Assembly (NCBI RefSeq): GCF_044704955.1
Contig: NC_091979.1
Location: 15,314,001 to 15,378,000 of the forward strand
Direction of reading: 5' to 3'
From: Pristiophorus japonicus
Lineage: Eukaryota
Length of the DNA stretch: 64,000 bases
In this document: in pieces, positions 27,425 through 42,885 of the stretch
Layout: each line of letters starts with the position of its first letter
Numbering within the stretch: position 1 is the first letter of the stretch
Program-made: the position numbers and the translations under genes
Notes under the pieces: model-generated
Seen by the model: only the letters and a program-made list of their open reading frames with translations
Told to the model about the DNA's origin: nothing
Databases searched by the model: none

Positions 27425-27990
27425 ATCATCATCATCGGTTGTCCCTCAAAACGAGGATGACTTGCTTCCACGCCAAAAAAAGGACGCGTTCACAGATTTT
27501 TCTGTAAAGGAGCCGAACTACATGTTGAAGGGTGGAAGATGCCTGTGTGTGGACTTTTTTTAACGTGTGGTGGCCGTTGCACACCAGCCACCACACGGGC
27601 TTGACAGAGCTAGGTCTTGGTCCAGTGGCAAGGGTTAACCAAGATGACTGGAGACCAGCTTTGCCATACGGACCCAGTGCGCACACATATCGCAGTGTGG
27701 ACTGGCCTGTGCTGCCTCTGGGCCCCCGGCCCGGATCTCGCGCCCCGATCACGTCCCTCCACAGTCTCTCGCCGCTCATTCGCCCCGACCTCGCTGCTCC
27801 TGCTGTACCTGTCCACGCTCCAATCACCAACCTGGATCTTGATGACGTCACTCTTCACAGCCCTCGCCCTCCTGCACCAGCTCGCGCTGTACCTTGTAGG
27901 TGGTAAGCCTCCACGCTGCCCCTCGCCGCTCCTTTTATGGCCCCGACCTGCCGCTGATGTTCCCTCGTAGGTCGGGGCCTCCACGCTGCC
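27425..27990 (-). mobile_element. RTE-tailed SINE-like element
   Basis: The minus strand ends gtggaagcaagtcatcctcg...gagggacaaccgatgatgat, resembling local RTE 3' ends. The body is shared with 48690-49480 and 40664-40899. Confidence 0.8.
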
Positions 27991-30804
27991 CGTGGCAATT
28001 TAGGTATGATGCACAAAGGCATACACAGGGAAGGTCAGACAAATACATTACATTGCTTGTTAAAGCATGGTTACTGGGAGCAGTACATTGTCTATGTTGG
28101 GAGAAACCATCCTGTGCATTTCGAGTTCAAACCCCACTCCAGCAGGACTTGAGGAAATGAATTGTTGATTATAAAAATAAAACCGCTCTAACATCCTGCT
28201 ACATTACAACAGTGACTACACTCCAAAAGTACTTCATTTGCTGCCAAAACGCTTTGAAACGTCCAGTGGTCGTGAAATGCAAGATATAAATCCAGGTCTT
28301 TCTTTCTCCGGTGCTGACGAGAAATTTCTTCTCTCAGAGGGTTATAAATCTGTGGAATTCGCTGCCTTAGAGAGCTGTGGAAGCTGGGACATTGAATAAA
28401 TTTAAGACAGAAATTAATAGTTTCTTAACCGATAAGGGATGAAGAAGGGGTTATGGGGAGCGGACAGGGAAGGGGAGCTGAGCCTATGATTGGATCAGCC
28501 ATGATAGTATTAAATGGCAGAGCAGACTCGAGGGGCGTATGGCCTACTCCTGCTCCTATTTCTTATGTTCTTATAATATCGACAATGAAACGTTGGCCCC
28601 GCTATAATCCCCCCCCTCCCCCCGATGGGTGGGGAGGGTGGAAAGGGCGTTAAAGACTTAAATATGGGGAACGCATCCCCAATTGTGCCCGCTGCCTGAT
28701 CTATGGCGGCAAATATGGGAGTGTCGAAGAGTCTCAACCATGGAGAGGCGGGACATGACAACAACTTGCATTTATATAGCACCATCAGCTGCCAAGGCCC
28801 TAAGCTGTCCGCCTCTCGGCCTCTCCTCCTTTAAGACGCTTCTTAAAACCTCTTTGACCAAATTTTCGGTCACCTGCCCTACTATCTCCTTATGTGGCTA
28901 TGTGTCAAATCTTATCCGATAGCGCTTCTGTGAAGCGCCTTGGGACGGTGTTACTACGTTAAAGATGCTATATAAATGCAAGTGGTTGTTATTTAATTCA
29001 AACAACATCATTTAATATTTTAACATTTGCATGGCCCCTTGTTCAGTTTCTACATTAAAAAAAAATCCTCATCTTTGATCATCAAATATAAATGCGAGTT
29101 TCTGAAAAAAATCTGTTCAATTAAATGATGCGCAATGCATCAGTCAGCCTTTCAGCCTTTGCGGATCTCTGACCTAACTCTATGAGTGCCGTGCCCATAT
29201 CGGTTTTACCCTCAATTCTCTCTGGTTGCATTTGCACTACAGCTGCAGTGAGAGTACAAAGCACTTCTTCACATAAAGGGTATTGGAAATCTGGAACGCG
29301 TTCCCCCAAAAAGCTGTTGAGGCTAGGGGTCAATTGTAAATTTCAAGAACTGAGATTGATAGATTTTTATTGGGTAAGGATATTAAGAATTACGGAACAC
29401 CATCCAGGACAAAGCAGCTCGCTGAACTGGCACCCCATCCACCACGTTCAACATTCACTCCCTCCACCACCGGCGCCCCCTGGCTGCAGTGTGCACCATC
29501 TACAAGATGCACTGCAGCAACTCGCCAAGGCTCCTTCGATAGCACCTCCCAAACCCGCAACCTCTACCACCTAGAAGGACAAGGACAGCAGGCGCCTGGG
29601 AACACCACCACCTCCAAGATCCCCTCCAAGTCACACACCATCCTGACTTGGAAATATATCGGCCGTTCCTTCATTGTCGCTGCTTTAAAATCCTGGAGCT
29701 CGCTCCCGAACAGCACTGTGGGAGCACCTTCACCACACGGACTGCAGCGGTTCAAGAAGGTGACTCACTACCACCTTCTCAAGCTATGAGGAAAGATTGG
29801 ATAGACTGAGGTTGTTTTCTCTGGTACAGAGGAGCCTGAGGGTAGACCTGATTGAGGTGTATAAAATAATGAAGGGCTGAGAGTGGATAGGAAGCCTCTA
29901 CTCATTGGAATTCAGAAGAATGAGAGGTGATCTTATCGAAAGGTATAAGGCTTGACAAGGTGGATGCAGAGAGGATGTTTCCACTGATGGGGGAGACTAG
30001 AACTAGAGGGCATGATCTTAGAATAAGGGGCCACACATTTAAAACTGAGATGAGGAGAAATTTCTTCTCTCAGAGGGTTGTAAATCTATGGAATTCGCTG
30101 CCTCAGAGAGCTGTGGAAGCTTGAACATTGAATACATTTAAGACAGAAATAGACAGTTTCTTAAACATTAAGGGAATTAGGGGTTATGGGGAGCGGGTGG
30201 GGAAGTGGAGCTGAGTCCATGATCAGATCAGCCATGATCTTATTGAATGGCGGAGCAGGCTCGAGGGGCCAAATGGCCTAATCCTGCTCCTTATGACCTA
30301 TTCCCCTTAGCAGAGGGGTCAACAACCAGCGGGCATAGATTTAAAGTAATTGAGAGGGAATTTGAGGGGAAAGTTTTTCACCCAGAGGGTGGTGGGGGTC
30401 GGGGAACTCACTGCCTGAAAGAGTGGTAGAGGCAGAAACCCTCACCACATTTAAAAGGTACTTGGATGTGCACTTGAAGTGCCGTAACCTACAGGGCTAC
30501 GGACCGAGAGCTGGAAGGCTGGATAGCTCTTTGCCAGCCGGCACAGACACGATGGGCCGAATGACCTCCTTCTGCGCTGTGAATTTCTATGATTCTGTGA
30601 TAAATTAGGAATGGGCAGCAAATGCTGGCCTTGTCAGCGACACCCACATCCCATGAACAAATAATAAAAAGGTGGGTAAATGGAGTTAACAGATCAGCCA
30701 TGATCTAATTGAATGGTCGAACAGACTCAAGGGGCTGACTGGCCTCCTCCAGCTCCTATGTCAATAAAAAGTCACGTGCAACAACTGTGGATTATAGACA
30801 AGAT

Positions 30805-30810
30805 TTTATT
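30805..30810 (-). terminator. Probable polyadenylation signal of alpha-tubulin gene B
   Basis: AATAAA on the minus strand ~425 nt after the stop, just before repeats resume. Confidence 0.55.
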
Positions 30811-31233
30811 TAAGCCTTTTGCTACATACATCTCACATATTCCAACGATACAATCCGTAATATTATTTTCCTGACAACTAAGGAATGGTTCATTGTTTCT
30901 CTTGATTAATTTTAAACTACATGGTCCCTTTCTTGGCGCAACTGATGAAACACAAATTTGTGCTATTAAAAGAAAGAGAGAGGAGCGTGCAAACATTGGA
31001 GTAAAACAGGTCGAAGAGCACCTGCGATGAGATAAGACAGGTTTGGGAGCAGGTTCCTTTGCCAGATTTGCTAACCTGTCTTTTCTCTTTTCAGGTGCGA
31101 TGGACCGGTGTATTTCTGTTTTCTGTTTGTTAAAAATGCCAGAGACCTAAGGACTTTCCTGTTACACCTCAAGTTGAATCAAACCAGCTCATTGGTCCCA
31201 CATATTATCACCATTGGGTCTACTTTCGATGGT

Positions 31234-32238
<1,005 letters not shown>

Positions 32239-32839
32239 TTATTCAGAAACAAATACAAGGCAGGCGGCTGCCTCTCGCAGTGCAATTCACCCTCAAAATA
32301 TAGGCTGTAGAGGAGGGCAACTGGACTAATTCCCAGTTTAAAGCATCTTAGTTATCAAGACAGGCTCAATGAGCTGGGACTCTTGACTTTTTAAGAGAAG
32401 CGTTAGAACTTAGGAAGGTTTGATCTGATCGTGGTTCATAAGGTGATAACAGGATTAGATTGTGTTCAACCAGAGGTGATAGATGTAAAGTCATTGGCAA
32501 AAGATCTAGAGGGGAGATGAGGAGAAGTTTTGTCACTCAGAGTTGTGGGATCTGGAACGCTCGACCTGGAAAGGTGCTGGAAGCGGACTCCATGCATCAT
32601 TTTAAAAGGTAGTTGGACAGATGCTTGAGGATGAAGAACTTAGAGGATTACGGACAAAAAGCGGGTATGTGGGACTAAGCACGACTGCTCTTTCAAAGAG
32701 CCAGCATTGGTATGACTTGCTGAATGGCCTCCTTCTGTGCTGTAAGTTTCTATGATTCTAAGTTTCATCTAACTGGTTAGGGAAGACCAGGGGTCACAAC
32801 TTTAGTTGTATAAGGCTGGATCTAGGTTGGGTTCGGAAC

Positions 32840-33196
32840 TCCTAAGCGACAAGCGAGCCAAAGGTGGACAGAGGAAACGTTTCAAGGACACCCTCAAAAC
32901 CTTCTTGATAAAATGCAACATCCCCCACCGACACCTGGAAGTCCCTGGCCAAAGACGGCCCTAAGTGGAGGAAGTGCATCCGGGAGCACCTCGAGTCTCG
33001 TCGCCCAGAGCATGCAGGAGGCAGCGGAAGGAGCGTGTGGCAAACCAGTCCCACCCACCCCTTCCCTCAATGACTATCTGTCCCACCTGTGACAGAGACT
33101 GTAATTCCCGTATTGGAATGTTCAGTCACCTAAGAACTCATTTTTAGAGTGGAAGCAAATCTTCCTCGATTTCGAGGGACTGCCTATGATGATGAT
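32840..33196 (+). mobile_element. RTE-clade LINE 3' fragment
   Basis: GGQRKRFKDTLK and C-terminal zinc finger CPTCDRDCNSRIGMFSHLRTH*, (ATG)n tail. Confidence 0.85.
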
Positions 33197-33784
33197 GGTT
33201 CTTTTCCCAGAGAATGGTGGAACAGGCTGCCGGCACGTGCAGTGGACGTTGATTCGCCGAATTCATTCAAGCGAAAACCGGACTTGTTCCTGGCTGGGGT
33301 GGAGATCGCCTCATGCAAGAGCTAGCTATCTGAGAACGTTAAGTGATTTCCTAGACTAGTTGCGATCGGCTGAGAGGAATTTCCTACATTTTTCCCCCTC
33401 AAATTGGCCTGGGTTTTCCAGGGTTTCTGTTTGCCTTTCCCATGAGATCACATGGTTCTGGGTGGGATGGAGAATATAGATTATGATGCGCACGGCATCG
33501 TAATTGTCTGGGACAGGCTGGATTGACCGGAGGGTCTGATAAGGTGCAACATCCCCACTAACACCTGGGAGTCCCTGGCCAAAGTGGAGGAAGTGCATCC
33601 GGGAGGGCACTGAGCACCTCAAGTCTCGGCGGCGAGAGCATGCAGAAACCAAGCGCGGATAGCGGAAGGAGCATGCGGCAAACCAGTCCCACCCTCCATT
33701 ACCCTCAATTACTATCTGTCCCACCTGTGACAGAGACTGTAATTCCCGTATTGGACTGTTAAGCCACCTGAGAACTCACTTTTT

Positions 33785-35066
33785 GGGCCCAAGTTTCCAC
33801 ACGATAAAAAACGGGCGCCCCTCTGAGCTGGGCGCCCGTTTTTCGCGCCACAAAGTGCGCCTAAAAAAAACCCTCCGTATTCTCCACCTCCCTGCAGGTC
33901 CTCTGGCCCTCGGCGTGGCGCAGCAGGAGCTGTAGGGGGCGGAGCTAGGACCCTGCGCCGAAAACAGTGCCGGGAGCTCTGCACATGCGCGCTACAGTGG
34001 GCACGCAAGTGCAGTAGCTCCAGGTGCCCGAAACTGTGTGGGAGGGGCTCGTGTGGTTCCCTGGCCGAATGGCCTCACTGGGGCTGCATGAATAAGGCTC
34101 CTCCCACGGCCAGCTCCTGCTTCCTGCCGACTCCCGCTCCTGCTCTCCCCCCCCCACCCCACCCGCCGACCGGAACCGACTCGACCTGCCTGTCGCTGCC
34201 GCTCCTGCTTCCTGCCGACTCCCGCTCCTGCTTCCCCCCCCGACCGGACCCGACTCGACCTGCCTGTCGCTGCCGCTCCCACTCCCACTCGACTCGACTC
34301 TCGCCCCCGAACTGGATCCGACCTGACCTCCCNNNNNNNNNNNNNNNNNNNNNNNNNNNNNNNNNNNNNNNNNNNNNNNNNNNNNNNNNNNNNNNNNNNN
34401 NNNNNNNNNNNNNNNNNNNNNNNNNNNNNNNNNNNNNNNNNNNNNNNNNNNNNNNNNNNNNNNNNNNNNNAACCTCTCTCCCCGACCCGACCCAACGCCA
34501 CCTACCTCTGGTGCTGGGGACGGGCCCTGCCCGAAATCTCGGGCCCGGCCCGTTCAGCCTTCGGTCCCGACGGCAAATCGCTTCCTAAAGGCCTGCCTGA
34601 AGAACTTTCACACAGGTAGGAACATGGTTTATTTAATCTTTTCTTTGCTTATAAATGTTTATTCAGGTTGGATTTATTTGTATAATATTTGTCTAAGTAT
34701 AACTAAGGATTTATTGTAGAATTTAATGACTTCCCTTCCCCCTCCCCCCCTTGTTCCCTACGCCTAATTTGTAACCTGCGCCTGATTTTTTTAATGTGTA
34801 GAACAGGTTTTTTCAGTTCTACAAAAATCTTCACTTGCTCCATTCTAAGTTAGTTTGGAGTACGTTTTCATAGTGGAAACTTTGAAATCAGGCGTCAGTG
34901 ACCGGACACTCCCCCTTTTGAAGAAAAAATTCTGTTCCAAAGTAGAACTGTTCTACCTGACTAGAACTGCAGAAAAAAAAATGTGGAGAATTGTGATTTC
35001 TAAGATAGTCCGTTCTCCACCAGTTGCTCCTAAAAATCAGGCGCAAATCATGTGGAAACTTGGGCC
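33785..35066 (-). mobile_element. Non-autonomous Harbinger-like element, copy 3, inserted into an RTE 3' end
   Basis: TIRs GGGCCCAAGTTTCCAC ... GTGGAAACTTGGGCC. The RTE is split as agaactcactttt | ggagtggaagcaag. Reverse complement of copy 2. Confidence 0.88.
34333..34470. other. Run of N (gap/masked), 138 nt
   Basis: Lies at the position homologous to the (GA)n tract of copy 2, so probably an unresolved (CT)n. Confidence 0.9.
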
Positions 35067-36084
35067 AATGGAGTGGAAGCAAGTCTTCCTTGATTCTGAG
35101 GGACTGCCTATGATGATGATGTTATTGTCAGTCACAAAGTGTTGAATTTGACAATTATTTGAGGATCTTCTTCTCTAATGGAGCACCCACTGGTGCAGTG
35201 AGGCTTCAATGGGCATGCGTGTGGTGCAGCATGCTGTATCCATTTAATTGAAGTTTCCATGCACAGATCACAGTGGAAAGAAAGAAAGATGGAAAGATTC
35301 TGAGGGACTGCCTATGATGATGATGCAACACCCAAGGATACAGGGTACCGTTTTCTCTTTACGAGGCTCGTTGTGAAATGTTTGTCTGATGGCTCCTGTG
35401 AAGCGCATTGGGACATCTTTGACATGCTCAAGGCGCTATATAAATACAAGTTGTTGTTGCTGAACCTATGTGACTCGGGATCCCATTACCTCAACAGATA
35501 CTTTTACAAGTGAACTAGTTGATGATCCAGCTAAAGATGCTTCCACCAAATGAGCTAACAACACTATTGAAAACATCCCTTTCCAAATCTCTAGAGCCAC
35601 GGAATTGAAACAGAACGAATCAACAACATAATAAAAATCTACAAGTGAAAATGATACTGAGATGCCAGACTCAGGGATCCCCTGTGCCCCATGGGCCAAA
35701 GTTTAGATATCCCTTAGTTAATGCATTGGATAGGATCATAGGAACACGAGTAGGCCAGTTAGCCCCTCAAGCCTGTTCCGCCATTCAATGGGACCATGGC
35801 TGAGCCGTGACCTAACTCCATATATCCGCCTTTGCCCCACATCTGGTAACAAAAATCTATCAATCTCAGATTTAAAATTAACAACTGACCCAGCATCATT
35901 TGCCATTTGTGGAAGAGCATTCCAAACCTCTACCACCCTTTGGGTGTGGAAGTGTTTCCTAACTTCACTCCTGAAAGGTTTGGCTCTAATTTTTAGACTA
36001 TTTCCCGCTAGTCCTAGTCTCCCCAGCCAGCAGAAATAGATTCTCTCTATCCATCCTATCAGGATAGGACTAGAGTCCCGTAAT

Positions 36085-36400
36085 CCAAGGCTGACACTCC
36101 CAGTGCCAATACTGAGGGAGTGTTGCACTGTCCGAGCTGCTATCTATTGGATGAGAGGTTAATCCGAGGTCCCATGTGCCCTCTCGGGCTGACGTCAAAG
36201 ATCCCATGGCCACTATTTCGAAGAAGAGCAGGGGTTGTTCTCTCATTTATCTCATTGGTGATTGTGGGAGCTTGCTGTGCGCAAATTGGCTGCCGCGCTT
36301 CCCTACATTGCAGTGACTGCACTTCAAACTACTTCATTGGCTGCAAAGTGCTTGGGGACGTCCTGGGGTCATGAAAGGCTCTGTATAAATGCAGGTCTTT
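36085..36400 (+). mobile_element. DeuSINE (SacSINE1/AmnSINE1-like) fragment
   Basis: Deu-domain motifs aagatcccatggc..ctatttcgaagaagagcagggg and gtgggagcttgctgtgcgcaaattggctgccgcg. Confidence 0.85.
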
Positions 36401-36410
36401 TTATAATTCA

Positions 36411-36806
<396 letters not shown>

Positions 36807-37009
36807 TTATTGGGGGTAACAAGGATCCAGAATGTGGAACACTGGGATGTTAGTCGATACGTCAGTTCTGTCGGGTACTCGGGAACAGTCAAACTAGTAA
36901 CAAATCTAGAATTACGGTGTCCAATCAATCTCACAGTACTTGATCTGATATCCCAGGCATAATGTCTGAACACAAATTGTAACATCCCACCTTCCTAATT
37001 TAGGTAGTC

Positions 37010-37500
37010 GGCTGCCCGTGTCCTAACTCGCACCAAGCCCCGTTCACCCATCACCCCTGTGCTCGCTGGTTAAGCTTCTGGTTTCTGGTTAAGCAACACC
37101 TCGATTTCAAAATTATCATCCTCGTTTACAAATCCCTCCATGGCCTCGTCCCCTCCCTATCTCTGTAATCTCCTCCAGCCCCACAATCCCCCCGAGATGT
37201 CTGTGCTCCTCTAATTCTGCACTCTTGAGCATCCCTGATTATAATCGCTCAACCATCGGTGGCCGTGCCTTCTGTTGCCTAGGCCCTAAGCTCTGGAACC
37301 CCCTGCCTAAACCTCCCCGCCTCTCTTTCTTCCTTCAAGACTCTCCTTAAAACGTACCTCTATGACTAAGCTTTTGGTCACCTACCTTAATTTCTCCTTA
37401 TCTGGCTTGGTGTCAAACTTTTTGTCTCATAATAATCCTGTGAAGCACCTTGGGACGTTTCACTATGTTACAGGTGCTATATGAGTGCAAGTTGTCATTG
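37010..37500 (+). mobile_element. L2-type LINE 3' fragment
   Basis: Remnant RSPITPVLA...RLDFKI...GGRAF...P.LWN.LP...SFKTLLKT.L and 3' end gtgaagcaccttgggacgttt...tgctatat. Similar pieces at 28790-28990 and 43750-44070. Confidence 0.75.
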
Positions 37501-37811
37501 CTTTTGTTGATTAAAGGATTTGATAGGGTGGATAGAGAGAAACTATTCTCCCTGGTGGGGGGAGTCCAGAACAAGGGGGCAGAACCTTAAAATTAGAGCC
37601 AGGCCGTTCAGGGATGATAACAGGATGCATTTCTTCACACTAAGGATAGTGGGAATTTGGAACTCTCTCCCCCAAAAAGCTGTTGAGGCTGGGGGTCAGT
37701 TGAAAGTTTATCAACTGAGATTGATACATTTTTGTTAGGCAAGTGTATTAAGGGTTACAGAACCATGGCGTATTTTAAATGGAGTTAAGATTACAGATTA
37801 GCCATGATCTA

Positions 37812-38249
<438 letters not shown>

Positions 38250-39971
38250 TTATTACTACATAAAATTATAGAAACAGGCCATTTGGCTCAACTGGTCCAT
38301 GCCGGTGTTTATGCTCCACACAAGCCTCCTCCCACCTTACTTTACCTCACCCTATCACCATATCCTTCTATTCCTTTCTCCCCCATGTTCTTAGCTTGCC
38401 TCCCCTTGAATGCATCTGTGCTATTCGCCTCAAGCACTCCATGTGGTAGCGAGTTCCACATTCTCACCACTCTAAGTAAAGAGGTTCTGCTGAATTCCCT
38501 ATTAGTGACTCTCATATTTATAGCCCCTAGTTTCAGACTCCACCACAAGTGGAAACATCTTGTCTACATTTACTCCATCAAACCCTTTCATAATTCATAA
38601 TTGAAGCTCTACAACCAATGTTCTCTGTAAACAGCATTTTGTTCTTGTTTCTTATAATGCGTAGTCGCTTTAAATTTCTGCGCATATGTAGTATTTACAA
38701 TGGAAAATCTGGTGAGCGGTCTGTGAAGAAACATCGCCTACCATCCACCAAAACTCTGCGTTCCTTTGGCTCTGGCCTCTTCTGCACCCCCCACTTCCTT
38801 CACCCCACCATTGTCAGCTGTGCCTTCTGCTTCCTGGGCCCTAAGCTCTGTAACTCCCTCGATAAACCTCTTCCTCAACAACAATAACTTTCACATACAG
38901 CGCCTTTAACATAGTAAAAAGTCCTGAAGGGCTTTACAGGGGCGATTATCAAATCAAATTTGACACCATGCCATATAAGGAGATATTAGGACAGGCTACC
39001 AAAAGCTTGGTCAAAGAGGTAGGTTTCAAGGAGTGTCTTAAAAGAAGGAGAGAGAGGTGGAGAAGTTTAGGGAGGGAATTCCAGAACTAAGGGCCCAGGC
39101 AGCGGAAGGCACGGCCTCCAATGGTGAAACGATTACAATCGGGGATGCAAGCTCTCTTCCACACCTACACCTGCACAGACCGCTCAACAGATTTTCCATT
39201 GTAAATACCACATGTGCGCAGAAATTTAAAGGGACTACACATTATAAGAAACAAGCACAAACTGCTGTTTATAGGGAATATTGGTTGAGGGGGCTTGACA
39301 AGTTGGATGCAGAGCAAATTTTCCACTGATGGGGGAGACTAGAACTAAGGGGCATAATCTTAGAATAAGGGGACGCCCATTTAAAACTCAGACGAGGAGA
39401 AATTTCTTTTCTCAGAGGATTGAAATCTGTGGAATTTGCTGCCTCAGGGAGCTGTGGAAGCTGGGTCATTGAATAAATTTAAGACAAAGATAGACAGTTT
39501 CTTAACTGATAAGGGAATAAGGGGTTATGGGGAGCGGGCAGGGAAGTGGAGCTGAGTCAATAATCAGATCTACCAAGATTGTATAAAATGACGGAGCAGG
39601 CTCGAGGGGCCGTATGGCCTACTCCTATTTCTTATGTACTTATGTTAAAAGGAATAAGTTATGGTCTAAAGCTTAAGTTCCAAGTATGGCCTGATACAGA
39701 ATTCCCCCTACACCCTTCTCCCACCTTCCCTTCATTGTGAGTTCTTCAAATAGTAAAAGAGCATCAGGTTTCACAGAACAAGAGAAAGCCACTTTACCAG
39801 TTCCAGGAGATTGAAAATGCCTGGCATTGTTTGCCTTCATCTCCTCTGCAGTCTGGTGTGTCAAGTCAGGAACTGTACAGGCCCAATAATTGGACGAATA
39901 ATTTATACTTCATCCAGTCACCGGAGCGTAACGCCTGTGCCTCAGTTCTCGTGCTTTCAATTCTGCTGGCA

Positions 39972-40415
39972 CAGAAAGAGAGAGGGGGTGGGGAATAGAG
40001 AGAGGGAGGGGGGGGAGGGAGAGAGCGGTAGGGAGTGGGAGAGAGAGAGGGAAAGATAGGCGGTGGGAGATTGGGGAGAGAGGAAGAGGGAGGGGGTGGG
40101 ACAGAGAAGGGAGGAGAGGGGGTGGAAGAGAAAGGGAGAGAGGAAGGGGAGAGAGAAAAAAAGAGAAAGGAGGGAGAAGAGGGAAGAAGAGAGAAACAGT
40201 GAGAGAGGAGATAGCACGGGGCAGAGGCAGAGAGGGGAGGGAGAGTGGGGAAGGGGGAGAGAGGAGAAAGAACAGATAGAAACAGAGAAAGGGGAAAATT
40301 GAGAAAGAGGAGGAGAGCTGGGAACGGGGAGAGAGAAGGGGAAGGGAAAGGACAGATAAAAAGAGAGAGGGTGAGAGGGAAAAAGGGAGCAGGAGAAGAG
40401 CGAGAGAGGAGGGAA
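39972..40415 (+). repeat. Polypurine (G/A-rich) low-complexity tract, ~440 bp
   Basis: Almost exclusively G and A on the plus strand. Confidence 0.9.
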
Positions 40416-40663
40416 CTTGATCCTAGCAATCTAGATTTATACCCAGCATCAAACACGTTCAAAAATATTCTTTTGGGTGGGGCTAGTAAACCTAAGGAAA
40501 TGATGAATGTTCCAAAACTCTCAAGTGATGGAGGAGTTTGCTGACACAAAAGATCGAAAGCCAAAGGTCAAATTCAAGGAATGTAAATTATAGTCCAAAT
40601 TTTCTTTTCCTCCACTACTTGCCTTTTTTTTTAACCCCCTCCTTTCCCACATTACAACAGACT

Positions 40664-40899
40664 AGTCGTCTTGGTTAACCCTTGCCACTGGGCCAAGACC
40701 TAGCTCTGTCAAGCCCGTGTGGTGGCTGGTGTGCAACGGCCACCACACATTAAAAAAATCCAAGCACAGGCATCTTCCATCCTTCAACATGTAGTTCGGG
40801 ATCTGGAATATTAGGTCCTTCATTGAAACATCTGTGAACTCATCCCTTTTAGGCATGGAAGCAAGTCATCCTCGTTACGCGGGACCGCCTATAATGATG
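40664..40899 (+). mobile_element. RTE-tailed SINE-like element, 5'-truncated
   Basis: Same hairpin body and tail tggaagcaagtcatcctcg...cctataatgatg as 27425-27990. Confidence 0.8.
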
Positions 40900-42147
40900 C
40901 CAACAGTGACGACACTCCAAAAGCACTTCATTGGCTGTAAAGCATTTTGAGATGTCTGGTGGTCATGAAAGGCGCTATATAAATGCAAATCTTTCTTTCC
41001 AGTCACATTCCCTGAGCAGCAAGCACCTTTTTAAGTCGCTAGTTTTATCCCCAAGCATTAGAATATCTTTTATTCGCATGGCAATGTGCTGCTATTCGAC
41101 TGTGGGGACCATCATATCCAATCCCCCTCACCCTGCCCGTAAAGAGCACTTTCAGGTCGGAGTCACCCTCTGCGACCTGCTGCACCTCTGTCCTCCAGGA
41201 TTCCAGGATTCTGCCAGTCCTGTTGTAAAGCCCTTTGTTCCCCAACCTATTACAGAGATCAAGACCAAACATATGCTTGAAAAGTACGTGATTGCACTAG
41301 AGAGGGTCCAAAAGGAGATTTATGAGAATGTTGCCTAGACTGGAGAATTTTAGTTATGAGGAAAGATTTGATAGGCTGGCTTTGTTTTCCTTGGAACAGA
41401 GGAGGCTGAGGGGAGACCTTATTGAAGTCTCATCGCCGAGAGCATGCAGAAATCAAGTGCAGGCAGTGGAAAGAGCGTATGGCAAACCAGTCCCACCCCT
41501 TCCCTCAACGACTATCTGTCCCACCTTTGACAGTGGTTCTCGTATTGGACTGTTCAGCCACCTAAGGACTCAGTTTTAGAGTGGAAGCAAGTCTTCCTCG
41601 ATTCCGAGGGACTGCCTATGATGAGTATAACATTATGAGGGGCCTAGTGGATAGGATGGATTTATTTCCCTTAGCAGAGAGGTCAATAACCAGGGGGCAT
41701 AGATTTAAAGTAATTGGTAGGTTTAGAGGGGATTTGAGGGGAAATTTCTTCACCCAGAGGGTGGTGGGGGTCTGGAACTCACTGCGTGAAAGGGTGGTAG
41801 AGGCAGAAACCCTCACCACATTTAAAAAGTACTTGGATGTGCACTTGAAGTACCGTAACCTACAGGGCTATGGACCAAGAGCTGGAAAGTGGGATTAGGC
41901 TGGGTAGTTGTTTTATCGGCGTGGACACGATGGGCCGAAATGGCCTCCTTCCGTGCTGTAAATTTCCATGATTCTATGAAAAGGGCTATGGGGACTAATT
42001 GGAGAGCCCTTTCAAAGAAAGATAGTTCTAGAAAAGAGAAGGCTAGGAGGGTCACCTAATAGAAGGCTTTGAAATTATGAAAGTGATACAGTAGACGTAG
42101 AGAAACTGTTTCCGCTCGTGGGGGAATCCAAAACAGGGGGTCGTGAC

Positions 42148-42279
42148 CAATGTTCCCCCTGATTTTACATTTACCTGTGTGATCCCTTTAAGGGGCTGTA
42201 TAGTCCATTCAAAGCTTCGCGCATGCGCAAACTTTTACATTGGAAAGGCCGGTCCCAGGATGCGCTAGAGGAAACGTTG
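42148..42279. mobile_element. Small hAT-like MITE, 132 bp
   Basis: TIRs CAATGTTCCCCCT / AGAGGAAACGTTG with 8-bp TSD gtcgtgac/gtcataac. Similar left ends at ~38616 and ~44781. Confidence 0.65.
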
Positions 42280-42354
42280 GTCATAACTAGGGGTGAGCGA
42301 AACTAAACTTCTTAATCTAGTGCTGTGCTTGATCCCTGCTATTGAGTGAGTGAA

Positions 42355-42885
42355 TAAATACAAGATCCTGCAAATCCCCTGGGAGGACAGATGTACCAAC
42401 ATCAGCGTTCTCGACCAGGCCAACATCCCCAGCATCGAAGCACTGGCCACACTCGATCAGTTCCGCTGGGCAGGCCACATTGTCCGCATGCCCAACAAGA
42501 GATTCCCAAAGCAAGCGCTCTACTCGGAACTCTTTCACTGCAAACGAGCCAAAGGTGGGCAGAGGAAACGTTACAAGGTCACCCTCAAAGCCTCTCTGAT
42601 AAAGTGCAACATCCCCACCGACACCTGGGAGTCCCTGGCAAAAAGACCATCCGGGAGGGCGCTGAGCACCTCGAGTCTCGTTGCCGAGAGCATGCAGAAA
42701 TCAAGCGCAGGCAGAGGAAGGAGCGTGCGGAAAACCAGTCCCACCCTCCCTTACCCTCAACCACTGTCTGTCCCACCTGTGACAGGAACTGTAGCTCCCA
42801 TATTGGACTGTTCAGCCACCTAAGGACTCACATTTAGAGTGGAAGCAAGTCTTCCTCGATTTCGAGGGACTGCTTACGATGATGA
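42355..42885 (+). mobile_element. RTE-clade LINE 3' fragment
   Basis: KILQIPWEDR..RWAGHIVRM..PKQALYSEL..GGQRKRYK and CPTCDRNCSSHIGLFSHLRTH. Confidence 0.9.

Noticed and set aside
39866-40564. 232-aa Pro/Ser/Leu-rich ORF
   Set aside because: Low-complexity pyrimidine tract that lacks stop codons by composition.
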